Assembly: GCA_043813305.1 (NCBI GenBank)
Contig: JBDRLC010000064.1
Span: 32,048-96,047 of the forward strand
DNA: 64,000 bases
Reading direction: 5' to 3'
DNA from: Candidatus Omnitrophota bacterium
Lineage (GTDB): Bacteria; Omnitrophota; Gorgyraeia; Gygaellales; Profunditerraquicolaceae
Part shown: positions 42,252 through 51,096 of the stretch, piece by piece
How the letters are laid out: each line of letters begins with the position of its first letter
Position numbering within the stretch: the first letter of the stretch is position 1
Translations under genes and position numbers: made by a program
Notes under the pieces: generated by a model
The model's input: the letters and a program-made list of their open reading frames with translations, nothing else
Told to the model about the DNA's origin: nothing
Database searches by the model: none

Positions 42252-43268
42252 ATGAAACTGACCTATAAAAAGAGCGGTGTTGATATTCGAGGAGCAGATA
42301 ATTTTAAAAATAAAATTAAGCCTTTAGTTAGAAAATCTCACCACAAGGGAGTTTTAACGGATATCGGCAGTTTTGGCGGTTTCTACCGCTTCCCTAAAGC
42401 AGAATATAAAGATCCTATTTTAGTTTCATCTTCCGACGGAGTGGGCACTAAACTAAAGATTGCTGATCTTGCCAATAAACATGATACAGTGGGCATCGAT
42501 GCCGTAGCGATGAATGTGAATGATATCTTATGTAGCGGTGCGAAGCCTTTATTTTTCCTGGATTACATCGCTTATAGTAAGCTGGATCAAAAGAAACTCT
42601 ACGATCTGATTAAAGGTATAAATAACGGGTGCCGGGAAGCCGGCTGTTCTTTGATCGGTGGTGAGACCGCCCAGATGCCGGACTTCTACAAAAGAGGCGA
42701 ATATGACATTGCCGGTTTTTGTGTAGGCGTAGTCGAAAGGAGTAAGATTGTTGATGGCCGCGGTATAAAGCGCGGCGATATAGTGATTGGCTTGGAATCC
42801 AGCGGCCTGCATTCAAACGGATTTTCATTAGTAAGGCGGGTGTTTTCCTCGAGAGAATTAAAGCGCTGGAGTAAAGAATTACTTAGGCCAACACGCATTT
42901 ATGTCAAGCCAATTTTGTCTTTATTGCAAGAACCTAAAACCCAGAACCTAGAACCTGTAATCAAAGGCATAGCCCACATTACCGGCGGAGCATTTTATGA
43001 TAAGATTGCACGCATCTTACCTAAGGGGGTGGGTGTTAGTATTGATAAAGAATCATGGATTGTTCCCGGGATATTTAAACTGATACAGAAGAAAGGTAAT
43101 ATAGAAGACAGGGAGATGTACCATACTTTTAATATGGGCATAGGTATGGTTTTGATTGTTGAGCCTAAGTCTGTGAAAGCGGTATTATCGCACCTAGCTG
43201 CCTTTAAATTAAAGTCTTACGTTATAGGGGATGTGGTCAAGTATAATAAGCAGGTAGAGATGATATGA
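42252..43268 (+). CDS. purM: AIR synthetase
   Basis: Start at ATG 42252 (MKLTYKKSGVDI); the track ORF from 42150 runs inside purF. DGVGTK, GGETA, AHITGGAF. Confidence 0.93.
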   Translation: MKLTYKKSGVDIRGADNFKNKIKPLVRKSHHKGVLTDIGSFGGFYRFPKAEYKDPILVSSSDGVGTKLKIADLANKHDTVGIDAVAMNVNDILCSGAKPLFFLDYIAYSKLDQKKLYDLIKGINNGCREAGCSLIGGETAQMPDFYKRGEYDIAGFCVGVVERSKIVDGRGIKRGDIVIGLESSGLHSNGFSLVRRVFSSRELKRWSKELLRPTRIYVKPILSLLQEPKTQNLEPVIKGIAHITGGAFYDKIARILPKGVGVSIDKESWIVPGIFKLIQKKGNIEDREMYHTFNMGIGMVLIVEPKSVKAVLSHLAAFKLKSYVIGDVVKYNKQVEMI

Positions 43269-44563
43269 GAGTTTTAGTTATCGGTTCGGGTGGGAGAGAA
43301 GATGCTTTGGCTTGGAAGATTGCGCAGTCTAAATTAGTTGATAAGATCTTTTGCGCACCGGGCAACGCAGGAATCGCCAGATACGCCGAATGCCTGGATA
43401 TTAAAGCGGATGATATCCCCGGATTGCTTGAATTCGCAAGGAAGGAAAAGATAGATTTGACCGTTGTCGGGCCTGAAACCCCTCTTTCTCTGGGGATTGT
43501 GGATGAATTTATTAAGCAGAGATTAAAGATTTTCGGCCCGAATAAAGCTGCAGCTCAACTTGAGGCAAGTAAGGTTTTCAGTAAACAGCTATTGGCTAAA
43601 TATAATATCCCTACAGCTGATTTTAAAATTTTCGATGATTATCAGGAAGCAAAAAAATATATCGAAGAGAGAGAAGCTCCCTGTGTATTAAAAGCAGACG
43701 GCTTAGCCGCGGGTAAAGGAGTATTTGTGACTAAGACGGTCGAGGAGGCAAATCAGGTACTTGATTCTATAATGCAGGAGAGAATTTTTGGCGATGCCGG
43801 AAACAAAGTGATTATTGAAGATTGTCTTGTCGGAGAAGAGGTTTCGATACTGGTGATTACTGATTCAAGGGAAGTTATAGTTTTAGCTTCCAGCCAGGAC
43901 CACAAGCGGATTTTTGACCATGATCAGGGTCCGAATACCGGAGGAATGGGAGCTTATTCACCAGCTCCCGTAGTCACAAGCGCATTACTTAAAGAAATCT
44001 TAGGAGGAACAGTATATAAGGCGATAGATGGCTTGGTAAAAGAGGGGATAGAATACCAAGGGGTTTTATATGCAGGGATTATGATCACCAAAGAGGGGCC
44101 GAAGGTATTGGAATTTAATGTGCGCTTTGGCGATCCGGAAACACAGGCGATATTGCCCCGTTTGAAATCAGATCTTTTAGAAGTGATGTTAGCTGTAAGT
44201 GAAAAGAAATTGAAAAAAGCAGGCCGGCTTTCCTGGGATAGCCGGGCTTGTGTTTGTGTGGTTCTGGCATCGGGCGGATACCCGGGGAACTATGAAAAGG
44301 GTAAAGAAATCTTTGGATTAGAGGAAGCCGGTAAATTGCAGGATATCATAGTATTTCATGCAGGGACAAAGGCGGTAAAAGGAGATAAAAAAACGGGAAT
44401 TGTTACCAATGGGGGAAGAGTATTAGGTGTAACGGGTTTAGGCGATGATATCCGGACAGCTATAGATAAGACCTATCAGGCAGTAGAAAAGATTGATTTT
44501 GAAGGGATGCATTATCGTCGTGATATAGGGCAAAAGGCAATCAATTCAGCCGTTTGTAAATAG
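43265..44563 (+). CDS. purD: Phosphoribosylamine-glycine ligase
   Basis: 432 aa with MRVLVIGSGGREDALAWK, an ATP-grasp core and GGMGAYSPAP. Confidence 0.95.
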   Translation: MRVLVIGSGGREDALAWKIAQSKLVDKIFCAPGNAGIARYAECLDIKADDIPGLLEFARKEKIDLTVVGPETPLSLGIVDEFIKQRLKIFGPNKAAAQLEASKVFSKQLLAKYNIPTADFKIFDDYQEAKKYIEEREAPCVLKADGLAAGKGVFVTKTVEEANQVLDSIMQERIFGDAGNKVIIEDCLVGEEVSILVITDSREVIVLASSQDHKRIFDHDQGPNTGGMGAYSPAPVVTSALLKEILGGTVYKAIDGLVKEGIEYQGVLYAGIMITKEGPKVLEFNVRFGDPETQAILPRLKSDLLEVMLAVSEKKLKKAGRLSWDSRACVCVVLASGGYPGNYEKGKEIFGLEEAGKLQDIIVFHAGTKAVKGDKKTGIVTNGGRVLGVTGLGDDIRTAIDKTYQAVEKIDFEGMHYRRDIGQKAINSAVCK

Positions 44564-44571
44564 GAGGAGGT

Positions 44572-44626
44572 ATGACCCGTTCGACTACGCTCAGGGTCAT
44601 ACTGAGCGACTGAAAGGAGTCGAAGT
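44572..44626 (+). repeat. Family-B repeat, copy B2, abutting the purE start
   Basis: ATGACCC-G-TTCGACT-ACGCTCA-GGGTCAT-A-CTGAGC-GACTGAAAGG-AGTCGAA-GT-ATG. Confidence 0.75.
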
Positions 44627-45115
44627 ATGAAAAATCCAGCGATAAGTATTGTTATGGGCAGCCAATCGGATCTGGCCACAGTTGAACCGGCAATAGATCT
44701 ACTAAGGAAATTTAAGGTCAGTTTTGAAGTTAAGGTTTTATCTGCACATCGTACACCAAAACTGCTAGAGCAATATGTGAAAGCAGCGCACAGAAGAGGT
44801 ACGAAAATATTTATTGCAGCAGCAGGAGGTGCAGCTGCCCTGGCCGGTGTGATTGCTTCACACACTATATTACCGGTAATCGGGATTCCGGTTGAGACAA
44901 AAAGTTTAAAAGGGCTGGATTCTTTATTATCTACGGTTCAGATGCCGGCAGGAGTGCCTGTAGCGAGTATGGCAATCGGAAGGGCAGGTGCTAAGAATGC
45001 GGCGATATTCTCTCTAGAGATTTTAGGCATTAAGGATAAAGGGATAAATGCAAAATTGAGCACCTACAAGAAGAAGACGTGCTGCAAAATCAAAAAAATA
45101 AACATTAAACTGTGA
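44627..45115 (+). CDS. purE: N5-CAIR mutase / AIR carboxylase catalytic subunit
   Basis: 162 aa with IVMGSQSD, SAHRTP and AGGAAALAGV. Confidence 0.93.
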   Translation: MKNPAISIVMGSQSDLATVEPAIDLLRKFKVSFEVKVLSAHRTPKLLEQYVKAAHRRGTKIFIAAAGGAAALAGVIASHTILPVIGIPVETKSLKGLDSLLSTVQMPAGVPVASMAIGRAGAKNAAIFSLEILGIKDKGINAKLSTYKKKTCCKIKKINIKL

Positions 45116-46173
45116 AAGCCGTGAAAATAGTCAAGGTAAATCCGGAAAATCCCGAACCCGCTTATATCAGAGAAACAGCCGAGGTATTGATCGGCGGAGG
45201 GCTGGTGATTATTCCTACCGAAACAGTTTATGGGATCGCCGCAGATATGTCTAATAAAAAGACGCTGGATAGATTATATGAAATAAAGAAGAGACCGAAA
45301 GAAAAACCCTTCTCTTTGCTTATTGCCTCTAAAGATACAATAAATAAATATGCTCAGGATATACCGATTTCTGCTTATAAGTTGATCGAAAAGTTCTGGC
45401 CGGGTCCCTTAACCATAATACTTAAATCACAGAAAGGCGGAAAAATCGGCATGCGTATGCCGGATAATGAAATTGCCTTGAGGGTAATTGAAGAGGCGGT
45501 TGTTCCGCTAGCTTGTCCGTCGGCAAACATTTCAGGAAAATCCGCTCCCATAGATTTCCCAGAAGCGATAGAAGACTTAAAGGAGTTGGTGGATTTAGCT
45601 ATTGATAGTGGTAAGACTAAATTAGGAGTTGAGTCTACGATAGTAGATTTGACTGCCAGCCCTCTTGAAATTTTAAGGGATAAGGCAATAAAAAAATCGG
45701 ATATCGAGACAACCGCCGGAAAGAAGTCCGTGCTTTTTATCTGTACAGGCAATTCTTGCCGTTCGGTTATGGCCAAGGCAATGCTGGAGAAGATATTGCA
45801 GGAAAAGAAGAAGGCGAATATTGAAGTTTTATCCGGTGGGATAATGATGTTTAGCGGCTTAACTGCTTCAGAGGAGACAAAAGAAGTCTTACGCAGAGAG
45901 AATATAGATGTCTCCGGGCACCGTTCGCAAAGAGTCACCCGGGAAATCGTAAATAAGTCGGATGTGATACTGGTTATGGAGAAGATGCACGAAGAAAGAA
46001 TCCTGGAGATTTCCCCGGAAGCGAAAAATAGGCTTTTTTTATTAAAAGAATTTGCTAAGATAGAATCTGATGACTTAAATATAGAAGACCCAATTGGGAA
46101 GTCATTAGAGCTTTATGAAAAGACTTTTGCTACCATAAAAGAAGCAGTGGAAAGAGTGAGTAATATAATATGA
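45112..46173 (+). CDS. Fusion: L-threonylcarbamoyladenylate synthase (TsaC/YwlC/Sua5-type) + low-molecular-weight protein phosphatase (YwlE-like)
   Basis: GTG start (GTGA overlap). The N-terminal ~200 aa have IIPTETVYGIAAD, KKRPKEKP and PSAN. The C-terminal ~150 aa have the P-loop FICTGNSCRS and DPIG. Confidence 0.85.
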   Translation: MKAVKIVKVNPENPEPAYIRETAEVLIGGGLVIIPTETVYGIAADMSNKKTLDRLYEIKKRPKEKPFSLLIASKDTINKYAQDIPISAYKLIEKFWPGPLTIILKSQKGGKIGMRMPDNEIALRVIEEAVVPLACPSANISGKSAPIDFPEAIEDLKELVDLAIDSGKTKLGVESTIVDLTASPLEILRDKAIKKSDIETTAGKKSVLFICTGNSCRSVMAKAMLEKILQEKKKANIEVLSGGIMMFSGLTASEETKEVLRRENIDVSGHRSQRVTREIVNKSDVILVMEKMHEERILEISPEAKNRLFLLKEFAKIESDDLNIEDPIGKSLELYEKTFATIKEAVERVSNII

Positions 46174-46283
46174 CCCATTCGACTCGCTTCGCTCGCTCAG
46201 GGTCATCTTGTGCTTCGACTCGCCCAGCATGGTTCGAAGCATGGTGAGTGAAATCGAACCAAGTGACTGAAAGGAATCGAAGG
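46170..46283 (+). repeat. Family-B repeat, copy B3 (internally duplicated), abutting the rpiB start
   Basis: ATGACCC-A-TTCGACTCG..CGCTCA-GGGTCAT..CTTCGACTCG..GTGACTGAAAGGAATCGAAGG-ATG. The stop codon of the upstream gene is the TGA inside ATGACCC. Confidence 0.7.
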
Positions 46284-46769
46284 ATGACGAAAAAAACTAT
46301 AATTATTGCATCGGACCACGGTGGATTTAATTTAAAAGAGAAATTAAAATCTTTTTTAGTGGAACTCGGGTTTAAGGTTAAGGACCTGGGCGCTTATTCT
46401 ACTAAAAGTACTGACTATCCCGAATCCGCCTATAAATTGGCAAAGGGTGTTTCAAGCGGAAAGTTTAAGAGAGGCATCTTGATCTGTAAGAGCGGTATCG
46501 GCAATTCTATCGTCGCGAATAGATTGCCGCGTGTCCGGGCAGCGCTCTGCTACAATCTGAAGGCAGCCCGGCTCTCACGGGAGCATAACGATAGTAATGT
46601 ATTGGTACTGGGAGCATCTTTCGTCAAAACGGAATTAGCCAAGAGAATGGTCAGGGTTTGGTTAAATACAAAGTTTCAGGGCGGCAGGCATAAAAGAAGA
46701 TTGAATCAGATAAAAGAGATTGAGAAGAAGATAAGTGAGGACATAAGTTATGGAGAGAAACGAACATAA
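46284..46769 (+). CDS. rpiB: Ribose-5-phosphate isomerase B
   Basis: Start at ATG 46284 (MTKKTIIIASDHGG); the track start at 46248 lies in repeat B3. ICKSGIGNSIVANR, EHNDSNVLVLG. The last ~11 codons run into repeat A2. Confidence 0.88.
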   Translation: MTKKTIIIASDHGGFNLKEKLKSFLVELGFKVKDLGAYSTKSTDYPESAYKLAKGVSSGKFKRGILICKSGIGNSIVANRLPRVRAALCYNLKAARLSREHNDSNVLVLGASFVKTELAKRMVRVWLNTKFQGGRHKRRLNQIKEIEKKISEDISYGEKRT

Positions 46770-46905
46770 CTTATCTGTCCGAACTTACCCCCACACCAAT
46801 TGTAAAAAACGACTATCGTTGAATAAACAATTGGTGTGGGGGTTCAATTCGCGCAGATAACTTACTCGCACTGACGTGTTCGTAAGTTATGCGCTCATAG
46901 AAGGA
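46733..46905 (+). repeat. Family-A three-hairpin repeat, copy A2 (full length), between rpiB and glyA
   Basis: GTGAGG, hp1 (ACATAAGTTATG/CATAACTTAT), CCGAA-CTTA, hp2 (CCCCCACACCAATTG/CAATTGGTGTGGGGG), TTCAATTCG, hp3 (GATAACTTAC/GTAAGTTATGC), GCTCATAGAAGGAG, N9, GTG(glyA). Confidence 0.8.
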
Positions 46906-46914
46906 GCTGATTAG

Positions 46915-48168
46915 GTGAGATACTTAAAAAATATTGATCCGGAGATTTATCAAGTTATAAAAGATGAGGTAAAAAGACAAGAGGAAAATCTGGAGTTGAT
47001 CGCTTCAGAAAACTTTACTTCTTTAGGCGTTCTCGATGCCACCGGGTCGGTCCTGACGAATAAATATGCCGAAGGATATCCCGGGCATCGCTGGTATGGC
47101 GGATGCATAAATGTCGATCAGGCCGAGCAATTAGCCATCGAGCGGGCGAAAAAATTATTTGGCGCAGAGCACGTAAACGTTCAGCCTCATTCCGGAACGC
47201 AAGCCAATATGGCGGTGTATTTTGCTGCTTTAAAATTTCAAGATAGGATTTTAGCGATGGATCTATCCGCAGGCGGACATCTTACCCACGGCCATACGCA
47301 TAATTTTTCCGGTATGTACTATAATGTTTTGAGTTACGGGGTCAACCGTAAGAGTGAAACCTTAGATTATGATAAGATCAAAGAGTTAGCGAAAAGGCAT
47401 AAACCCAAGCTGATTGTGGCGGGAGCCTCCGCCTATCCAAGAAAAATAGACTTTAAAAAGTTCCGCCAAATTGCCGACTCAGTGGGTGCTTATCTATTTG
47501 TGGATATGGCGCATATCGCAGGTTTAGTGGCAGCGGGCGTTCATCCAACGCCTGTACCTTATGCTGATTTTGTTACTTCTACTACCCATAAAACTTTACG
47601 CGGGCCCAGAGGAGGTATGATCATCTGCAAGAAGGAATTTGCCAAGAAAATTGATACTGAGATTTTCCCGGGTATACAAGGCGGCCCCTTGATGCATGTT
47701 ATTGCCGCTAAGGCAGTGGCTTTCCACGAGGCAGCATCGGTGAAATTCAGGACTTACCAAAGACAGATAGTAAAAAATGCGCGGGAGCTGGCAAAGGCAT
47801 TAGCAGGCGAGGGTTTTCGTATCATCTCGGGAGGCACGGATACGCATTTAGTATTAGTGGATTTGTCTAATAAACGCATCACCGGCCGGGATGCTTCTTT
47901 AGTTTTAGAAAAAGCAGGTATTACAGTCAATAAAAACCTTATTCCTTTTGATAAAAAAAGTGCTTCCGTTACCAGCGGTATCCGCCTTGGGACATCCGCA
48001 GTGACTACGCGCAGGATGAAGGAATTTCATATGAGAAAAATAGCCAAGTTTATCAGCGCGGCGATAGAGAAAAGTGATGATCAGAAAAAATTAGAAGAAA
48101 TCAGAAAGGAAGTTTTAGAGCTGACTGAGAAATTTCCTTTATACCCAAAGCTATTGAGGGACAAATGA
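46915..48168 (+). CDS. glyA: Serine hydroxymethyltransferase
   Basis: 417 aa with a GTG start. [17 protein letters not shown], and the PLP-Lys motif [14 protein letters not shown]. Confidence 0.96.
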   Translation: MRYLKNIDPEIYQVIKDEVKRQEENLELIASENFTSLGVLDATGSVLTNKYAEGYPGHRWYGGCINVDQAEQLAIERAKKLFGAEHVNVQPHSGTQANMAVYFAALKFQDRILAMDLSAGGHLTHGHTHNFSGMYYNVLSYGVNRKSETLDYDKIKELAKRHKPKLIVAGASAYPRKIDFKKFRQIADSVGAYLFVDMAHIAGLVAAGVHPTPVPYADFVTSTTHKTLRGPRGGMIICKKEFAKKIDTEIFPGIQGGPLMHVIAAKAVAFHEAASVKFRTYQRQIVKNARELAKALAGEGFRIISGGTDTHLVLVDLSNKRITGRDASLVLEKAGITVNKNLIPFDKKSASVTSGIRLGTSAVTTRRMKEFHMRKIAKFISAAIEKSDDQKKLEEIRKEVLELTEKFPLYPKLLRDK

Positions 48169-48620
48169 AAAGAAAAGCATATAAAAGGCCATGTTGGGAT
48201 GAGTATTTTTTAGAGATGGCAAATTTAGTTGCAAAAAGAGCTACCTGTTTGAGGCGCCGCGTGGGAGCGGTGATCGTAAAAGATAAAAGAATATTGGCTA
48301 CTGGATATAATGGAGTCCCCTCGGGACTGAGGCATTGTTTAGATGTCGGTTGCATACGGAAGAAATTAAAGATTCCTTCCGGCGAGCGCCATGAACTCTG
48401 CCGGGCTTTGCATGCGGAACAAAACGCACTTATTCAGGCTTCTTTATACGGCGTCAGCTTAAAAGGGAGTACGCTTTACGCCACTAATCAACCGTGTGTT
48501 ATTTGCGCTAAGATGTTGATTAATGCCGGAATTAAAGAGATTGTCGCCGGCTGCGGATATCCTGATAAAATGGCAATGGATTTTTTAAAGGAAGCAAAGA
48601 TCAAATTTAGAAGAGCGTAA
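48165..48620 (+). CDS. dCMP deaminase (ComEB-type cytidine/deoxycytidylate deaminase)
   Basis: 151 aa with HAEQNAL and [14 protein letters not shown]. Confidence 0.88.
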   Translation: MKRKAYKRPCWDEYFLEMANLVAKRATCLRRRVGAVIVKDKRILATGYNGVPSGLRHCLDVGCIRKKLKIPSGERHELCRALHAEQNALIQASLYGVSLKGSTLYATNQPCVICAKMLINAGIKEIVAGCGYPDKMAMDFLKEAKIKFRRA

Positions 48621-48621
48621 G

Positions 48622-49098
48622 ATGAGATGTCCTTATTGCGGATACAGGGAAGATAAGGTTGTAGATTCCCGCGCTACTGCCGAGGAATCAGCGGTCCGGC
48701 GAAGACGCGAATGCCTGAAATGCGGTAAGCGTTTTACCACCTATGAATATATAGAAGAGGTTTCTTTAATGGTGATAAAGAAAGACGACCGGCGCGAATC
48801 TTTTGACCGTAAGAAAATTTTGGCGGGTATTATCAAAGCCTGCGAAAAGAGGCCGGTAAGCGTTGAGAAGTTGGAGGGGATTGTTACTCAAGTAGAGCGT
48901 TCGATTCAGAAGAAATCCGACCGCGAGGTTCATTCTACCCGCATCGGAGAATTAGTCATGGAGAGATTAAAATTACTAGACGATGTGGCGTATGTCAGGT
49001 TTGCTTCTGTATACAGGCAATTCAAAGATGTTGGGCAGTTTATGGTGGAATTAAAGGATATTCTGGGAAAGGAAAAAAGAAAGCCGGCAAAACGTTAG
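48622..49098 (+). CDS. nrdR: Transcriptional repressor NrdR
   Basis: MRCPYCG...VVDSR...[17 protein letters not shown] zinc ribbon plus an ATP-cone. Confidence 0.95.
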   Translation: MRCPYCGYREDKVVDSRATAEESAVRRRRECLKCGKRFTTYEYIEEVSLMVIKKDDRRESFDRKKILAGIIKACEKRPVSVEKLEGIVTQVERSIQKKSDREVHSTRIGELVMERLKLLDDVAYVRFASVYRQFKDVGQFMVELKDILGKEKRKPAKR

Positions 49099-49107
49099 GA
49101 GATTCAT

Positions 49108-49518
49108 ATGATTGAGATGGAATTAAATAAAATTGTGATTGATGAGAAGAGGCATGATCAGCTGATTGTTCTAAAAGAGAAGGCGGGCAACCGGGTTCTG
49201 CCGATTGTCATCGGGCTTGCCGAAGCTTCGGCGATAAAATTAAAGATCAGCGGTTTTAATCCGCCCCGGCCCTTGACCCATGATCTCCTGCATTCTACGA
49301 TTGAAAATTTAGAAGCCAGTATTGATAAAGTTATCATTGATAAATTAGAAGAGAGTACCTTTCACGCCAAATTGGTCATAAAAACCGCAAAGGGCATTGA
49401 TAAAGTCATCGATGCCCGTCCATCTGATAGTATCGCCCTTGCAGTGAGGGCGCATGCACCTATATTTGTTGAAGACGATATAATTAAACAGTCAGAGATA
49501 TTTAATCAAGAAAAATAA
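49108..49518 (+). CDS. Bifunctional nuclease family protein (DUF151/BFN)
   Basis: 136 aa with LPIVIG..EA.AI, PRPLTHDL and DARPSDSIALA. Confidence 0.75.
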   Translation: MIEMELNKIVIDEKRHDQLIVLKEKAGNRVLPIVIGLAEASAIKLKISGFNPPRPLTHDLLHSTIENLEASIDKVIIDKLEESTFHAKLVIKTAKGIDKVIDARPSDSIALAVRAHAPIFVEDDIIKQSEIFNQEK

Positions 49519-49537
49519 TATCTCCATACCGCTAATC

Positions 49538-51073
49538 ATGTACCTCAGACTTAAGTTCCTCGCTCAGGATAAGACAATCCTGGAATCCGTTTATTTATTT
49601 GCTAAAACAAAAAGAGTAAGATTATATTTGGTCGGGGGAATTTTACGGGATACTCTTCTGGCAAGAGTCAAACAGAACCCGGATTTCGACTTTTGTTTAG
49701 AGAAGGGCGCAATAAATTTTGCTAGATTACTCGCTAAGCAGATCAAGGCGGGATTCGTAGTCTTAGATAAAGAGCACGGGGCCTGCCGGTTAGTTTACCC
49801 CGTTAGAGGCAAGCTGCCGGAGGCAACCGTCGGACACCTGCGGTGTCCTGCCTCTAACGGGGTTAAAAAGGTAAAAGGTAAAATTTACACCTTAGATTTT
49901 ACTGATTTCCGGGGTAAAACCTTAGAGAAAGATCTTTTGCATCGCGACTTCACTATAAACGCTTTAGCCCTGGAATTAAAAGATGTTTTTGCTAAAGGGA
50001 ATTTGAATAATTTACTGATCGATCCTTATGGCGGTAGGGATGACCTGAAGTCTAAAACTATAAAAATGGTGAATCTTCGAGCCTTTGACGAGGATCCGCT
50101 TCGGATACTGCGGGCATTTAGTTTATCCGCAATATTTAGCTTAAAAATAGAGAAACAGACGCTTAAGTTAGCCGGATTAAAAAGGGAAAAACTGGCTGAA
50201 GTTTCCTTCGAGCGTATCCGCGATGAATTGTTTAAGATCCTGCAATGCCACAACTCTTTTAATTATTTCTTCCTACTGGATAAACTAAAAATTTTACAGG
50301 TGATTTTACCGGAGATTATCAAGATGCGCGGGATAGGACAGGGCCCATATCATCATCTTGATGTTTGGCAGCATACTTTAGAGACGATCAAACAGCTTGA
50401 AATCTTGTATAAAGAAGTAAGGCATAATCAGGATATCCAGCAATATCTTGATCAGATTATCTCTTCAAATAGGAGCCGTAAAACTGTGATAAAGCTAGGT
50501 GCGTTATTGCATGATATCGGCAAGCCCGCTGCTTTACGCAGAGAAGAGGGAAAGATAAAATTCCACGGGCATGAGAGGATCGGCCTGGGTATGACCGAAG
50601 ATATAGGCCGGAGGTTCAAACTCTCCATTGATGAAATTAATACTTTAAGAAAGATAGTCTTATGGCATTTGAGGCCGGGGTATCTTGCAGATTGTGAAGT
50701 GCTAACCCCGCGTGCAAAATTCAGATATTTCCGCGATGCTGATAAAGAAGCAATAAGTATACTTCTGATATCCTTGGCTGACCAACGCGCAACCAAAGGC
50801 CCCTTGACTACAAAAAATTCAAGAGTAAGGCATGAGAAGGTATGTAAGTCGCTGATTAGGGAGTATTTTAGAAAGAAAAAAGAGAAAAAGCCTAAGCGTT
50901 TGATTAACGGCGATGTGTTGATAAAGAAGCTTAAATTAGAACCGTCCCCCTTAATCGGTAAAATTTTATCTGAAATTGAGGAATTGCAGGCAATAGGAAA
51001 AATAAGCACAAAACCACAGGCTCTAGCAGCAGCGAGAAAGATATTGGGGACGGTTCTAATTTCTAAAAAATAG
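49538..51073 (+). CDS. tRNA nucleotidyltransferase / poly(A) polymerase family protein with HD domain
   Basis: 511 aa with [24 protein letters not shown] and HD-type HHLDVWQHT...LLHDIGK. Carries an in-frame palindromic insert at 49797-49863. Confidence 0.85.
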   Translation: MYLRLKFLAQDKTILESVYLFAKTKRVRLYLVGGILRDTLLARVKQNPDFDFCLEKGAINFARLLAKQIKAGFVVLDKEHGACRLVYPVRGKLPEATVGHLRCPASNGVKKVKGKIYTLDFTDFRGKTLEKDLLHRDFTINALALELKDVFAKGNLNNLLIDPYGGRDDLKSKTIKMVNLRAFDEDPLRILRAFSLSAIFSLKIEKQTLKLAGLKREKLAEVSFERIRDELFKILQCHNSFNYFFLLDKLKILQVILPEIIKMRGIGQGPYHHLDVWQHTLETIKQLEILYKEVRHNQDIQQYLDQIISSNRSRKTVIKLGALLHDIGKPAALRREEGKIKFHGHERIGLGMTEDIGRRFKLSIDEINTLRKIVLWHLRPGYLADCEVLTPRAKFRYFRDADKEAISILLISLADQRATKGPLTTKNSRVRHEKVCKSLIREYFRKKKEKKPKRLINGDVLIKKLKLEPSPLIGKILSEIEELQAIGKISTKPQALAAARKILGTVLISKK

Positions 51074-51096
51074 AACCGTCCCCAGAAATAGGTGAC

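Noticed and set aside
45375-45938. 187-aa ORF on the - strand, and similar antisense ORFs (33428-33982, 32650-33042, 12069-12437, 22961-23320 and others)
   Set aside because: All lie opposite confidently assigned + strand genes and lack motifs or ribosome-binding sites.
51046-51083. Hairpin GGGGACGGTTCTA/TAGAACCGTCCCC spanning the cca stop codon as an intrinsic terminator
   Set aside because: The 13-bp stem is good, but the loop is A-rich and no T-run follows. pyk starts 14 nt later, so read-through seems likely. It is left unannotated.
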